Assembly: GCA_963676795.2 (NCBI GenBank)
Contig: CAXXTB010000001.1
Span: 896,001-960,000 of the forward strand
Reading direction: 5' to 3'
DNA: 64,000 nucleotides
Source of the DNA: Geopsychrobacteraceae bacterium
GTDB lineage: Bacteria > Desulfobacterota > Desulfuromonadia > Desulfuromonadales > Geopsychrobacteraceae
In this document: positions 34,184-43,941 of the stretch, one piece after another
How positions within the stretch are numbered: the first letter of the stretch is position 1
Layout: the number at the start of each line of letters is the position of its first letter
Translations under genes and position numbers: made by a program
The notes under the pieces: generated by a model
What the model was told of the DNA's origin: nothing
Databases searched by the model: none
Seen by the model: only the letters and a program-made list of their open reading frames with translations

Positions 34184-34684
34184 TTGAGCGAGATTGAAAT
34201 CGTCAGCGAGTCGGAAGAGCAGACCCAGTGGCTTGGTTCTCTGCTTGGACAGCTTCTGCCGGGTCCTCTGCCGATCATGCTGCAGGGGACGCTCGGGGCT
34301 GGTAAGTCGGTCCTCGCCCGCGGCATCGCCAGAGGGCTCGGGGTTCCTGATAATGTGCCGATCACCAGCCCGACCTTTACCCTGATGAATCACTATCCGG
34401 CGCGCTTCGACCTGTATCATTTCGATCTCTACCGTCTCAGCGATTCCGATGAGCTGCTTGAGATCGGTTTCGACGAGTTCGCTTTTGGTGCCGGTGTGGC
34501 GCTGATCGAGTGGCCTGAGCGGCTCGAAGATGAATCGGTGTTCGGACTCTGGCTCTTTTTGACGCCGCTTGACGAACAGCGCCGCTCAATACGTCTTGTC
34601 GCCAAAGGGGACGAGGCAGAAAACCTGCTGAGGCTCTTGCGTCCGGAGCTGAACGGTTTTAGTCTGGAGCACCATCACCTGTGA
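34184..34684 (+). CDS. tsaE: t6A biosynthesis ATPase TsaE
   Basis: GTLGAGKS, TSPTFTL, HFDLYRL and IEW motifs. Confidence 0.95.
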   Translation: MSEIEIVSESEEQTQWLGSLLGQLLPGPLPIMLQGTLGAGKSVLARGIARGLGVPDNVPITSPTFTLMNHYPARFDLYHFDLYRLSDSDELLEIGFDEFAFGAGVALIEWPERLEDESVFGLWLFLTPLDEQRRSIRLVAKGDEAENLLRLLRPELNGFSLEHHHL

Positions 34685-34824
34685 CGGCAGGCTTAAAGAA
34701 AAAGTTTTGACCAGCAGGTGAAATCCTGATATTAAGTGGCTCTTTTAGGCTTGTTTTAGCGTCTAAATGCCGACATTAGCGATGCTTTTGTCGGTTTTTC
34801 CTGATAAGGAGGAAGTAAAAAGTT

Positions 34825-36057
34825 ATGGCCCTGGTTGTTCAGAAATATGGTGGCACCTCGGTAGGTACGGTTGAGCGTATCCGTAACGTGGCTCGCCGGG
34901 TGGCCAAAACCTATGATGACGGCAACGATGTCGTTGTTATCGTGTCGGCCATGTCGGGCGAGACCAATCGTCTCGTCGCTCTCGCCGAAGAGGTCTGTGA
35001 GTTTCCCAACGAGCGTGAATACGATGTTCTGGTCTCCACCGGTGAACAGGTAACTATCGCCCTGCTGGCGATGTGCCTGCAGTCGATGGGCTACAATGCC
35101 AAGAGTTATCTCGGCGACCAGATCCCGATGATCACTGACAGCGCGCATTCCAAGGCGCGGATCAAGAGCATCGACGACAAAAAGATTCGTGAGGACCTCA
35201 AAAGCGGTACGATCATCGTTGTTGCCGGCTTCCAGGGGGTTGACGAAGATGGGAACATCACCACGCTCGGTCGCGGTGGCTCCGATACCTCGGCTGTCGC
35301 CATCGCTGCGGGCCTCAAGGCCGATGTCTGCGAGATCTATACCGACGTCGACGGGGTCTATACCACCGATCCGCGGATTGTCCCTGAAGCGCGTAAGATC
35401 GACCGGATTTCCTACGAGGAGATGCTCGAAATGGCGTCCCTGGGAGCGAAGATTCTGCAGATCCGCAGCGTCGAATTTGCCAAAAAATACAACGTCGTTA
35501 TTCATGTGCGCACCAGCTTCGACGACAGACCTGGTACGCTCGTTATGAAGGAGGATTCAGAGATGGAGACCGTACTGGTTTCAGGTGTTACCTACAACAA
35601 GGATGAAGCAAAGATCAGCATCTTCGGTGTGCCGGATCAGCCGGGTATTGCCGCACAGATCTTTTCGCCATTGAGCAACAACAATATTACCGTCGACATG
35701 ATCATTCAGAATGTCTCCAAGGACGGCGCAACCGACATGACCTTCACCGTGCCGAAGAGCGACTGCAAGAAGGCGGTGCAGATTATTGAAGAGGTCGCAC
35801 CGAAGATTGGTGCTCAGGGTGTCAGCCACGATACCAGTATCTCCAAGGTATCGATCGTCGGTGTCGGTATGCGTTCCCATTCCGGCGTTGCCAGCACCAT
35901 GTTCGAATCGCTGTCTCGCGAAGGGATCAACATCGAGATGATCTCGACCAGCGAAATCAAGACCTCCTGTATTATCGATTCCAAGTACACCGAACTGGCC
36001 GTTCGCGTCCTGCACCAAGCTTTCGGTCTTGATCGCCAGGATAATGAAGAAGAGTAA
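34825..36057 (+). CDS. lysC: Aspartate kinase (alpha subunit)
   Basis: [17 protein letters not shown] and YTDVDG motifs; two ACT domains. Confidence 0.96.
   Translation: MALVVQKYGGTSVGTVERIRNVARRVAKTYDDGNDVVVIVSAMSGETNRLVALAEEVCEFPNEREYDVLVSTGEQVTIALLAMCLQSMGYNAKSYLGDQIPMITDSAHSKARIKSIDDKKIREDLKSGTIIVVAGFQGVDEDGNITTLGRGGSDTSAVAIAAGLKADVCEIYTDVDGVYTTDPRIVPEARKIDRISYEEMLEMASLGAKILQIRSVEFAKKYNVVIHVRTSFDDRPGTLVMKEDSEMETVLVSGVTYNKDEAKISIFGVPDQPGIAAQIFSPLSNNNITVDMIIQNVSKDGATDMTFTVPKSDCKKAVQIIEEVAPKIGAQGVSHDTSISKVSIVGVGMRSHSGVASTMFESLSREGINIEMISTSEIKTSCIIDSKYTELAVRVLHQAFGLDRQDNEEE
35563..36057 (+). CDS. Putative aspartate kinase beta subunit from an in-frame internal start
   Basis: AAGGAGG (35548-35554) lies 8 nt before an in-frame ATG (Met247) at the start of the ACT region. 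Confidence 0.65.
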   Translation: METVLVSGVTYNKDEAKISIFGVPDQPGIAAQIFSPLSNNNITVDMIIQNVSKDGATDMTFTVPKSDCKKAVQIIEEVAPKIGAQGVSHDTSISKVSIVGVGMRSHSGVASTMFESLSREGINIEMISTSEIKTSCIIDSKYTELAVRVLHQAFGLDRQDNEEE

Positions 36058-36081
36058 GCAGAGCAAAAAGGATAGTCAGTG

Positions 36082-37650
36082 ATGAACCGGGTACAGCTAT
36101 ACGACACAACCTTGCGGGATGGAACTCAGGCAGAGGATATCTCGTTTCAGGTTGAGGATAAGGTCCTGATTGCCAAGCGTCTCGATGAGCTGGGGATCGA
36201 TTATATCGAAGGCGGCTGGCCCGGTTCGAATCCGAAAGACATCGACTTTTTTCAGGCGATAAAGAGAGAGAAACTGCGTCACAGCAAGATCTCCGCTTTC
36301 GGATCGACGCGTAGAGCTAGTGTCGCTGCACAGGATGACACCAATATCCGCATGCTTCTCGACGCCGAGCCGGATGTCGTTACCATTTTCGGCAAGACCT
36401 GGGATTTTCATGTCACCGAGGCTCTGCGTATCTCGCTTGAGGAGAACCTTGAACTGATCCATGATTCTCTCCTCTATCTCAAAGAGCGGATTGGGGAAGT
36501 TGTTTACGACGCCGAGCATTTTTTTGACGGCTATAAGAAAAATCCCGATTATGCGCTGAGGACCCTTGAAGCCGCAGCTGCGGCCAATGCCGACTGTATC
36601 GTGCTCTGTGATACCAACGGCGGAACCCTGCCGCAGGAGATTCCGGCGATCATGGCTGCAGTGCAGAAGGTTGTCAAGGTTCCACTGGGAATCCACGCTC
36701 ACAACGACAGCGAATGTGCCGTCGCCAATTCACTTGTTGCTATCGAGTCTGGTGCCGTTCATGTTCAGGGCACCATGAACGGTTTCGGTGAGCGCTGTGG
36801 CAACGCCAATCTCTGTTCGATCATCCCGGCACTCAAACTCAAGATGGGGTTGGAGTGTCTTGAAAAGGATTCGCTTAAGGTCCTGCGCAAGACCTCGCGT
36901 TATCTCTACGAGTTGGCCAACCTGACGCCCAACAAGCATCAGGCCTATGTCGGCAACTCGGCGTTTGCCCACAAAGGGGGCGTACACGTCTCGGCGATTC
37001 AGCGCCACCCGGAGACCTACGAGCATATCCGTCCAGAACTGGTCGGCAACCAGACCCGTATCCTGATTTCGGACCTGGCTGGCCGCTCCAATATCCTGGC
37101 TAAAGCTGAAGAGTGCGGTATTGAGCTCGACAGTAAAGATCCGGTTACCCTGGAGATTCTTGAGGATATCAAGGAGCTGGAAAACAAGGGCTTTCAGTTC
37201 GAGGGGGCCGAGGCTTCTTTTGAGTTGCTGATGCTCAAGGCGATGGGCAAACTTAAGCACTTCTTCACTGTTTCCGCCTTCCGGGTTATCGATACCCTGC
37301 GTGAGAACGATAGACAGCCGGTTTCCGAAGCGACGATCAAGATCAAGGTCGGCGGCAAGGTTGAGCATACCGCAGCAGACGGAAACGGTCCGGTCAATGC
37401 GCTGGATGCGGCCATGCGCAAAGCGTTGATCAACTTCTATCCGCAGATTGCCGATGTCAAACTGCTCGATTACAAGGTCAGGGTCCTGCCCTCAAGCCAG
37501 GGAACCGATTCTGTCATCCGGGTTCTGGTTGAGTCTGGTGATCATGATGGCCGTTGGGGAACTGTCGGTGTCAGCAGCAACGTTATCGATGCTTCCTATC
37601 AGGCGTTGGCGGATGCATTGATCTACAAGCTCTATAAGGATCATCTTTAA
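36082..37650 (+). CDS. cimA: Citramalate synthase
   Basis: [39 protein letters not shown] and AHKGGVH motifs; LeuA-type regulatory domain. Confidence 0.9.
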   Translation: MNRVQLYDTTLRDGTQAEDISFQVEDKVLIAKRLDELGIDYIEGGWPGSNPKDIDFFQAIKREKLRHSKISAFGSTRRASVAAQDDTNIRMLLDAEPDVVTIFGKTWDFHVTEALRISLEENLELIHDSLLYLKERIGEVVYDAEHFFDGYKKNPDYALRTLEAAAAANADCIVLCDTNGGTLPQEIPAIMAAVQKVVKVPLGIHAHNDSECAVANSLVAIESGAVHVQGTMNGFGERCGNANLCSIIPALKLKMGLECLEKDSLKVLRKTSRYLYELANLTPNKHQAYVGNSAFAHKGGVHVSAIQRHPETYEHIRPELVGNQTRILISDLAGRSNILAKAEECGIELDSKDPVTLEILEDIKELENKGFQFEGAEASFELLMLKAMGKLKHFFTVSAFRVIDTLRENDRQPVSEATIKIKVGGKVEHTAADGNGPVNALDAAMRKALINFYPQIADVKLLDYKVRVLPSSQGTDSVIRVLVESGDHDGRWGTVGVSSNVIDASYQALADALIYKLYKDHL

Positions 37651-37784
37651 TCCGTCCCTGAGATAGGCCTGAGCAGCTGCCGGTGGAATCCTGGACCGGC
37701 AGCTGACAGATAGCCGTCAGTCCACTGGCGGCCGGACATTGCAAAGAACAGCCGTCTGTTTTTTCGCATCGTCAAATTCCTAAC

Positions 37785-37830
37785 GCTCCCCCCGGATATC
37801 GTCATTTTTGTGACGATATCCGGGGGGAGC
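37785..37830 (+). terminator. Strong 20-bp hairpin/terminator after cimA
   Basis: GCTCCCCCCGGATATCGTCA-N6-TGACGATATCCGGGGGGAGC then CCAGTTTTT. Confidence 0.7.
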
Positions 37831-38017
37831 CCAGTTTTTCAGCTTATTCCACTGTTTTTTATCTGTGAATATTGTTCCTGCGAAATTTCGTTAAGCCATT
37901 CACATCCCTTTGATCGTCAATTATTTGGCGATTATTCTAGTAGTAGTCATTGAGGAAATTTGTACAATTGTACGAACCTCTTGATTTTACGGCTTTTTTT
38001 ATAAATTTAAATTTATT

Positions 38018-38030
38018 TAACTTATTGATT
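38018..38030 (-). promoter_or_regulatory. IHF binding site
   Basis: AATCAATAAGTTA on the minus strand matches WATCAANNNNTTR, within an AT-rich tract. Confidence 0.55.
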
Positions 38031-38161
38031 TTTCATCGTTTCCTGATTTTATAAATGATCATGTCAGATGATTTAGAATAACTTGGCATGTCCTGTGTAG
38101 ATGCATGTACTGCTACCAAATGAAAAGTTGCTGATTTAATTTTTACTGACAGGAGGTCACG

Positions 38162-38320
38162 ATGAAATGTCCAAAATGCAAAGGAAGAATGTACTCAGAA
38201 AAGTATTATGACTTTGTCCGGGCTTTCGACGCCTGGAAGTGTACGTCCTGCGGAGAGATGATTGATCCAATTATTCTGGCGAACAGAACTCGCCACAATA
38301 ACAATGCCAGAATAGATTGA
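38162..38320 (+). CDS. Small zinc-ribbon protein, 52 aa (below the ORF-track cutoff)
   Basis: AGGAGGT RBS; MKCPKCKGRMYSEKYYDFVRAFDAWKCTSCGEMIDPIILANRTRHNNNARID with two CxxC; terminator follows. Confidence 0.85.
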   Translation: MKCPKCKGRMYSEKYYDFVRAFDAWKCTSCGEMIDPIILANRTRHNNNARID

Positions 38321-38343
38321 TAAAATAACCAAATGGAAATATG

Positions 38344-38372
38344 AAAAGGCCGGAATTCTCCGGCCTTTTTTT
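38344..38372. terminator. Bidirectional terminator between convergent genes
   Basis: AAAAGGCCGGA-ATTC-TCCGGCCTTTTTTT. Confidence 0.8.
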
Positions 38373-38955
38373 ATTTCTTTCTGGACAACGCCAGGCCCGG
38401 AAACAGGCTTCTTTTGGCAATAGGTGGCATGAATGGCTCTTTAACGAAGCGCATGTCTTCGATGGTATAGAAAGCGTTGGGGTTATACTGCTTGATAATG
38501 GTCAGGATTTTTGCCAGGTTTCTGCGCCTGGCAATGGTGAAAATCAGTTTGACCGGACCTTCTACACCTTCAGCATCGACACTGGTGACCCCGTACCCCT
38601 TATCCCTGAGAACAATGACAAGATCGTCGGCCTCCCGGCGGGTTATGACCCGGATCAGAAGGTTGCCCAGGGCGATACGCTCCTCGAGCACGATACCCAC
38701 ATAGTTGCCTGCCGCAAACCCCAGGGCAAAAGCCACATAGGTCTGCCAGGAGGTCAGGTTCTGCATGACCTGGGCAACCGCCAGCAGCCAGATCAGCGAC
38801 TCAAAGAAGCCGAGTACGGCGGCAAAGTACTTCAGCCCCTTGGCAACGAAAATGATTCTCAATGTGCCGATCGAAACATCCAGAATCCTGGCCAGAAAGA
38901 CCAGGACCGGTAACAGGAACAGGCTGAGAGTCGGATTGTCGGCAAAAAACTCCAT
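38371..38955 (-). CDS. DUF2179/DUF5698 (UPF0316, YebE-like) membrane protein
   Basis: ARILDVSIGTLR, GFFESLIW, FALGFAAGNYVG and GYGVT motifs. Confidence 0.85.
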   Translation of the reverse strand: MEFFADNPTLSLFLLPVLVFLARILDVSIGTLRIIFVAKGLKYFAAVLGFFESLIWLLAVAQVMQNLTSWQTYVAFALGFAAGNYVGIVLEERIALGNLLIRVITRREADDLVIVLRDKGYGVTSVDAEGVEGPVKLIFTIARRRNLAKILTIIKQYNPNAFYTIEDMRFVKEPFMPPIAKRSLFPGLALSRKK

Positions 38956-39074
38956 TGAATTCCTCTTTGACTGCTTAAGTGACGGACCCTGTGTCAATCA
39001 ACAGCTGGTTGGATCACAAAAGACTATAGCCCATCTGGGTGATTTGGCCAAACACTTGGGGAGCGTTTCCCCTG

Positions 39075-39986
39075 CTATAGCTGCTCCGGAGCGAAGCAGA
39101 CCGTTGCGGCAATATCATTCAGGTCGCAGAGCAGCATCACCAGGCGGTCGACACCCAGGGCGATCCCGGCGCTAGGTGGCATCGTGGCGAGTTCGTTAAG
39201 AAAGGGCTCGGGGGACGGGTAGGGCGGTTTGCCTGCTAGGCGCCGTGCGCTCTCATCTGCTGCGAAGCGTGCCCGTTGCTCCTGTACATCGGTCAGTTCG
39301 GAGAAGGCGTTGGCCAGTTCCATGCCGCCGAGGTAGAGCTCAAAACGTTCAGCGACCTTGCTGTTGCCGGGTTTGAGGCGGGCCAGGGCGGCGTGCTCCC
39401 GGGGGTATTCGCAGAGGAACAGCGGCCGGTCTTTAGGCAGGTTCGGCTCGACATGCAAGGCGATCATTTCATCGAAGAGTCCCTGTTCAAGCGCCTGCTC
39501 CATGCTCAGCGGGGCATGGCGGTCAAGGGCCTGGGCAACACTGATCCGCGGCCAGGGTGTTGTCAGGTCGATGGTTTGATTTTGCCAGATCAGGGAATCG
39601 CTCTGAACGATACCAGAAATCAGCACTTCGCAGTCATCCATCAGGCTGTGGTAGTCGCAGTGGCCGCGATACCATTCGAGCATGGTATATTCGGGGAGGT
39701 GGCGATTGCCACGTTCGCCGGCACGCCAGCAGTGGCTGATCTGGTAGATCCGTTCGTAACCGGCGGCAAGCAGGCGCTTCATGCACAGTTCGGGAGAGGT
39801 CTGCAGGAACCAGTCTTCGGACGCAACTGCATCGATGTACAGTTCGGGCGCGTTGGCCGGGACGCGCAGCGGGGTCTCGACCTCGAGAAAGTTGCGCGCC
39901 ATGAAGAAAGCCCGGATCTGATGAATGATCCGGGCTCTGGCTTCGAGGGTCTGGCGTTTTCTGCTCAACTGCCAGTTGGGTTCCAC
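39075..39986 (-). CDS. epmA: EF-P lysine aminoacylase EpmA (GenX/PoxA)
   Basis: LEVETP, LQTSPE..MKRLL, HLPEYTMLEWY, RFELY..ELANAF and GIALGVDRL motifs; no anticodon-binding domain; follows efp. Confidence 0.92.
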   Translation of the reverse strand: MEPNWQLSRKRQTLEARARIIHQIRAFFMARNFLEVETPLRVPANAPELYIDAVASEDWFLQTSPELCMKRLLAAGYERIYQISHCWRAGERGNRHLPEYTMLEWYRGHCDYHSLMDDCEVLISGIVQSDSLIWQNQTIDLTTPWPRISVAQALDRHAPLSMEQALEQGLFDEMIALHVEPNLPKDRPLFLCEYPREHAALARLKPGNSKVAERFELYLGGMELANAFSELTDVQEQRARFAADESARRLAGKPPYPSPEPFLNELATMPPSAGIALGVDRLVMLLCDLNDIAATVCFAPEQL

Positions 39987-39989
39987 AAC

Positions 39990-40553
39990 TTATTCCTTGA
40001 CGCGGGTCGAGTATTCGCCGGTGCGGGTGTCGATCTGGATCAGGATTCCTTCTTCGACGAAGGATGGAACCTGCAGGGTGTAGCCGGTTTCCACGGTCGC
40101 CGGTTTGTTGTTGCCGGCAGCGGTATCGCCTTTGACCCACGGATCGGCCTGGGTGACGCGCAGGGTGACGAAGTTCGGCAGGCTGATGCCGATGCCACGA
40201 TCGCCGTGCATCAGGATGCTGACGTCCATATTGTCGATCAGGAAATACTTGTCGTCACCGAGAGTTGCTTCATCCAGGGTGATCTGTTCGTAATTTTTCT
40301 TGTCCATGAAGACATAGCCGTTTTCATCCTGGTAAAGGTACTGCATGTCGCGCTCTTCCAGGCTGGCCGGTTCAAACGACTCGCCACTGCGATAGGTGCG
40401 ATCGAACAGGGAGCCGGTGATCATGTTACGCAGCTTGCATTTATAGAGAGCCTGGCCTTTGCCCGGCTTGGTGAAATCGTATTGGACGATGACGTGCGGA
40501 TCACCGTCGATCATCAGTTTCAGCCCTTTTTTCAGGTCGGAACAGGTGTACAT
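39990..40553 (-). CDS. efp: Elongation factor P
   Basis: KPGKGQA loop; KGDTA; KPATVETG; VPSF..IDTRTGEY. Confidence 0.97.
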   Translation of the reverse strand: MYTCSDLKKGLKLMIDGDPHVIVQYDFTKPGKGQALYKCKLRNMITGSLFDRTYRSGESFEPASLEERDMQYLYQDENGYVFMDKKNYEQITLDEATLGDDKYFLIDNMDVSILMHGDRGIGISLPNFVTLRVTQADPWVKGDTAAGNNKPATVETGYTLQVPSFVEEGILIQIDTRTGEYSTRVKE

Positions 40554-40718
40554 TTCATACTCCTTTAAAGTCTACACATCGTATTGGGTTTTTAGAACGC
40601 GCATTAAATCACAAGACAACTAGCTTTGTCACCGAAAAACGGCCATTTAGCCTGATTCTGCCCGCCCGGGGCAACTGGGATATTTCCCTGGGTCCCTATG
40701 GGGTGCCGGAATATTCAA

Positions 40719-42002
40719 CTATTCAGATCTGCTGAAGCGGCGCTGCTGGAGAAAAAGGTAGCTGCATTCGATCAGCTCAGCCAGTAGCAGCAGGAGGATG
40801 CCGATGATGATGCCTGACACAGCTAGCGGCCAGTGCAGTAGCGGCCACCAGCAGAGCAGCAGAAAGGTGCACTTGAGCATGGTCGAGTGGCCCAGCTTGC
40901 CGGTCTTGCCGGTTGCCGAAAACCAGCCGCGCAGCAGGTTGGTGAAGGCGTAGAGCAGCGGGAAGAGACTGCAACAGCCCAGTCCTGTGACCAGGTAATT
41001 GCGCAGGTCGGCTTCAACACCGAGCAGGCGGCCGAAGATTATGCTGTTCAGCGGACCGGCCGTGAGTAACACGAGGATGCCCATGCCGATGGCTGTAAAG
41101 AGGCTGAAACGGAACAGCTTCGAGGTATCGGCCGGTTGGCGGACCAGGGTCAGGTAGGCCTGTTGCAGGTTGCGCATCGGGCCGGCGAGGAGAAAGATAA
41201 AGCCGCGGATAACGCCGAAGGCGGCCAGGGCCAGGGTGCCGTCTGAAAAACGGCCGATGATCGCGCTGATCAGCAGCGGGATGGTCTGTTGCAGGGAGGA
41301 GGAATAAGCTAGAGGCAGGGCGTATCTGAAAATCTCTGCGAAGCTTTTCTCCTCTGCGTCAGGCGCAAACGGCTGGCGCACTCTCCAGGCCAGCCAGGCG
41401 ATGGACAGGGATTCGGTGATAACACAACTGACCAGGGCGAAAGCGCCAAGCTGTGCCCCGGTAAACCAGTGCTGGCCAACGGCCAGGTAGAAAAGCAGAG
41501 CAACGACGCGAACACCCGTGGCAAGCGAAACCAGTCCGGTTCTCCTCGCCCGGATCAGAAAGCCCTGGCAGAGATAGCGAAAGCCGGTAAAGAAAGGCAG
41601 AATGGCCAGCAGCTTGATGGCGTTACGCGCCTCAACGGCGACTGCGGGGGAGGCGCCCATCAGTTTGATGATAATCAGCTCGCCGAGTGGCGAATAGGCG
41701 ATCAGGATGAGCAGGATCGAGATATAGCAGGCCATCATCAGGATAAAGAAAATGACCCCGATCAGCGATTTTCTCCCCCGCGCCATGGTGATGGTCACCG
41801 TGTGATTCTGAAAGGCCGCAGAGGCGACAAAGATGTGGATAACCATGGCCACCGACATGCCGGCCAGGGCTGTAACATAGTTATCGAGCCTGGCCAGGGC
41901 ACCATTGATAATGGTGTGGGAAATGCTCATCAGCTGGACATTCAGAACCAGCGGAAAGAAAAAAAGCGAAAGTTCCCTGTAGGTGATGGTTTTGTCGGTC
42001 AC
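40719..42002 (-). CDS. MOP/MATE-superfamily membrane transporter (ANKH-like)
   Basis: About 12 hydrophobic segments with internal two-fold repeat (FFFPL../YALPL.., ALAG../ALAAF.., LPFF..QG../FPLL..RGW). Confidence 0.7.
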   Translation of the reverse strand: MTDKTITYRELSLFFFPLVLNVQLMSISHTIINGALARLDNYVTALAGMSVAMVIHIFVASAAFQNHTVTITMARGRKSLIGVIFFILMMACYISILLILIAYSPLGELIIIKLMGASPAVAVEARNAIKLLAILPFFTGFRYLCQGFLIRARRTGLVSLATGVRVVALLFYLAVGQHWFTGAQLGAFALVSCVITESLSIAWLAWRVRQPFAPDAEEKSFAEIFRYALPLAYSSSLQQTIPLLISAIIGRFSDGTLALAAFGVIRGFIFLLAGPMRNLQQAYLTLVRQPADTSKLFRFSLFTAIGMGILVLLTAGPLNSIIFGRLLGVEADLRNYLVTGLGCCSLFPLLYAFTNLLRGWFSATGKTGKLGHSTMLKCTFLLLCWWPLLHWPLAVSGIIIGILLLLLAELIECSYLFLQQRRFSRSE

Positions 42003-42005
42003 GGA

Positions 42006-42638
42006 TTATCCGGGGAAAAGAGTGAGCAGCTCCGTCGCTGCAGCGACCTGGTAGTCGGAACTTAAGCCGCCATTGTTGCCCATACCGTAGGAGCAGAAGC
42101 AGGTTGCAATGCCGGCGCCCTGACCGGCTTTGAGGTCGGTATGATGATCGCCGATCATGATACTGCGCTGCGGGTCGGCACCAAGAATCTTGAGTGCTTC
42201 GAACACCGGCTCGGGATCCGGTTTTTTGCAGGGCAGGCTGTCCCCGCCGATAACAACGCCGAACTTGCCTATCAGTCCAAGGCCGGTGAGCAGATCGACC
42301 GACAGCTGGTAAGGTTTGTTGGTCACCACGCCAAGCCGGCTGGCCGGATAGCGGGAGAGCAGTTCTTCAATCCCGGGATAACAGAGGGTCTGATCGAGCA
42401 GGTGTTCGGCATAGATGGCCAGAAAACGGCCTGTCAGTTCAGGACGGAACTGCTCGCCGACAGCACGCTGGACCAGGACCGAGGCTCCGTCGCCAACCAT
42501 TGCGGCGGTCTGCGCCAGGCTCAGAGGAAACAGCCCCAACTCATGGCGAAGCAGATTGACGGATCTGGCCAGGTCAGGGACCGAATCGACCAGGGTGCCG
42601 TCGAGATCGAAAAGCAGATAATCAAAGTCAGGCTGCAT
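42006..42638 (-). CDS. HAD-IA hydrolase (phosphoglycolate phosphatase/PpaX-like)
   Basis: FDLDGTLVDS, VTNK, KKPDP and MIGD motifs. Confidence 0.88.
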   Translation of the reverse strand: MQPDFDYLLFDLDGTLVDSVPDLARSVNLLRHELGLFPLSLAQTAAMVGDGASVLVQRAVGEQFRPELTGRFLAIYAEHLLDQTLCYPGIEELLSRYPASRLGVVTNKPYQLSVDLLTGLGLIGKFGVVIGGDSLPCKKPDPEPVFEALKILGADPQRSIMIGDHHTDLKAGQGAGIATCFCSYGMGNNGGLSSDYQVAAATELLTLFPG

Positions 42639-42639
42639 G

Positions 42640-43338
42640 TCAGATCCGTTTGTTGCGTTCGCCGAAGATTGCCGTACCGACCCGGACCAGGGTTGCCCCT
42701 TCTTCGACGGCCACTTCGAAGTCGCCGCTCATTCCCATCGACAGCTCTTTCATTTCGACCTTTGGCAGCTTGAGGGCTGCCAGTTCGTCTCTGAGCTGAC
42801 GCAGCTGGCGGAACCAGGGCCGTACCTCTTCCGGTTCAGCGCTGAACGGCGGGAGGCACATCAGTCCTTTGATTCTGATATTTTCAAGATTTGAAATGTC
42901 TTTTGCGAGTTGAACTAATTTATCTGGTGAGCATCCGGACTTGCTTGACTCATCTCCGAGGTTCACCTGAATCAGAATGTCGACAAATTTTCCCAGTTTT
43001 CTCCACTGCTTGTCGATCTCCTGTGCCAGCGCCAGCCGGTCGACGGAATGGATCATCTCAACCATGCCGCGCAGGTATTTGACCTTGTTGGTCTGCAGCG
43101 CCCCGATGAAATGCCAACTGACCGGAGCCTCAACCTGTTCGGCTTTGTCACAGAATTCCTGGACGTAATTCTCGCCGAACAGTTGCTGGCCGGCGGCGAA
43201 TGCGGCTTCGACCAGCTGTGCCGGCTTGACCTTGGACACGGCGATCAGGTGGACCTCCGCAGGGTTGCGGCCGCTGCGCAGGCAGGCCTGGTCGATACGT
43301 TCACGGATCTGGGCGATATTCACAGCGATCGTATTCAT
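42640..43338 (-). CDS. yggS: PLP homeostasis protein YggS
   Basis: IAVSK, FGENYVQE, WHFIGALQTNK, LSMGMS and VRVGTAIFG motifs. Confidence 0.95.
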   Translation of the reverse strand: MNTIAVNIAQIRERIDQACLRSGRNPAEVHLIAVSKVKPAQLVEAAFAAGQQLFGENYVQEFCDKAEQVEAPVSWHFIGALQTNKVKYLRGMVEMIHSVDRLALAQEIDKQWRKLGKFVDILIQVNLGDESSKSGCSPDKLVQLAKDISNLENIRIKGLMCLPPFSAEPEEVRPWFRQLRQLRDELAALKLPKVEMKELSMGMSGDFEVAVEEGATLVRVGTAIFGERNKRI

Positions 43339-43353
43339 CGGGACTCTCCGGGG

Positions 43354-43941
43354 TCAGATGAGCAGCGGAACACCGAGTTCCTTGAGGCTCAGGGTCAGGC
43401 GGCAGAGGGGCAGCCCGACCACGTTGGTGTAGCTGCCTTCAATGGCGGCGACGAAACAGACCCCCAGCCCCTGGATAGCGTAAGAACCGGCTTTGTCGGC
43501 TGGTTCTCCGCTGGCAATGTAGCGCGCGATTTCGTCATCCGTCAAATCGCGGAAGATAACCCTGGTGCTGACCGCTTCGCTGATCTGACGCTGCTCTTTG
43601 CGATCGATAACGGCGAAGCCGGACAGAACCCGGTGCTCACGGCCGGAGAGCTGGCGCAGCATCGCTCTGGCATGGGCCTCATCTTTGGGTTTGCCGAGGA
43701 TCTGGTCACCGAGCAGCACGATGGTGTCGCTGCCGATGAACCAGCGGCCGTCAACTTCGGGGCGCTGCGCGACAGCGGCCGCTTTGCCAAGGCTCAGACG
43801 CACCACATGCTCTTCAGGCGTTTCACCACTTAGCACCGTCTCGTCGATATCGGCCGGAACTACAGCGAAATCAAGGCCGATCTGCTGCAGTAGCTCACGG
43901 CGGCGCGGGGATGTCGAGGCCAGCACGATGCTGTCGGTCAT
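43354..43941 (-). CDS. maf: Maf nucleoside triphosphate pyrophosphatase (YhdE type)
   Basis: [31 protein letters not shown] and NVVGLP motifs; ATGA overlap with trmFO. Confidence 0.94.
   Translation of the reverse strand: MTDSIVLASTSPRRRELLQQIGLDFAVVPADIDETVLSGETPEEHVVRLSLGKAAAVAQRPEVDGRWFIGSDTIVLLGDQILGKPKDEAHARAMLRQLSGREHRVLSGFAVIDRKEQRQISEAVSTRVIFRDLTDDEIARYIASGEPADKAGSYAIQGLGVCFVAAIEGSYTNVVGLPLCRLTLSLKELGVPLLI

Noticed and set aside
34685..34824. Lysine riboswitch or attenuator upstream of lysC
   Set aside because: Leader too short with no L-box consensus; only one weak hairpin
39075..40553. efp-epmA without epmB as a novel modification route
   Set aside because: epmB may lie elsewhere in the genome; cannot be judged from this window
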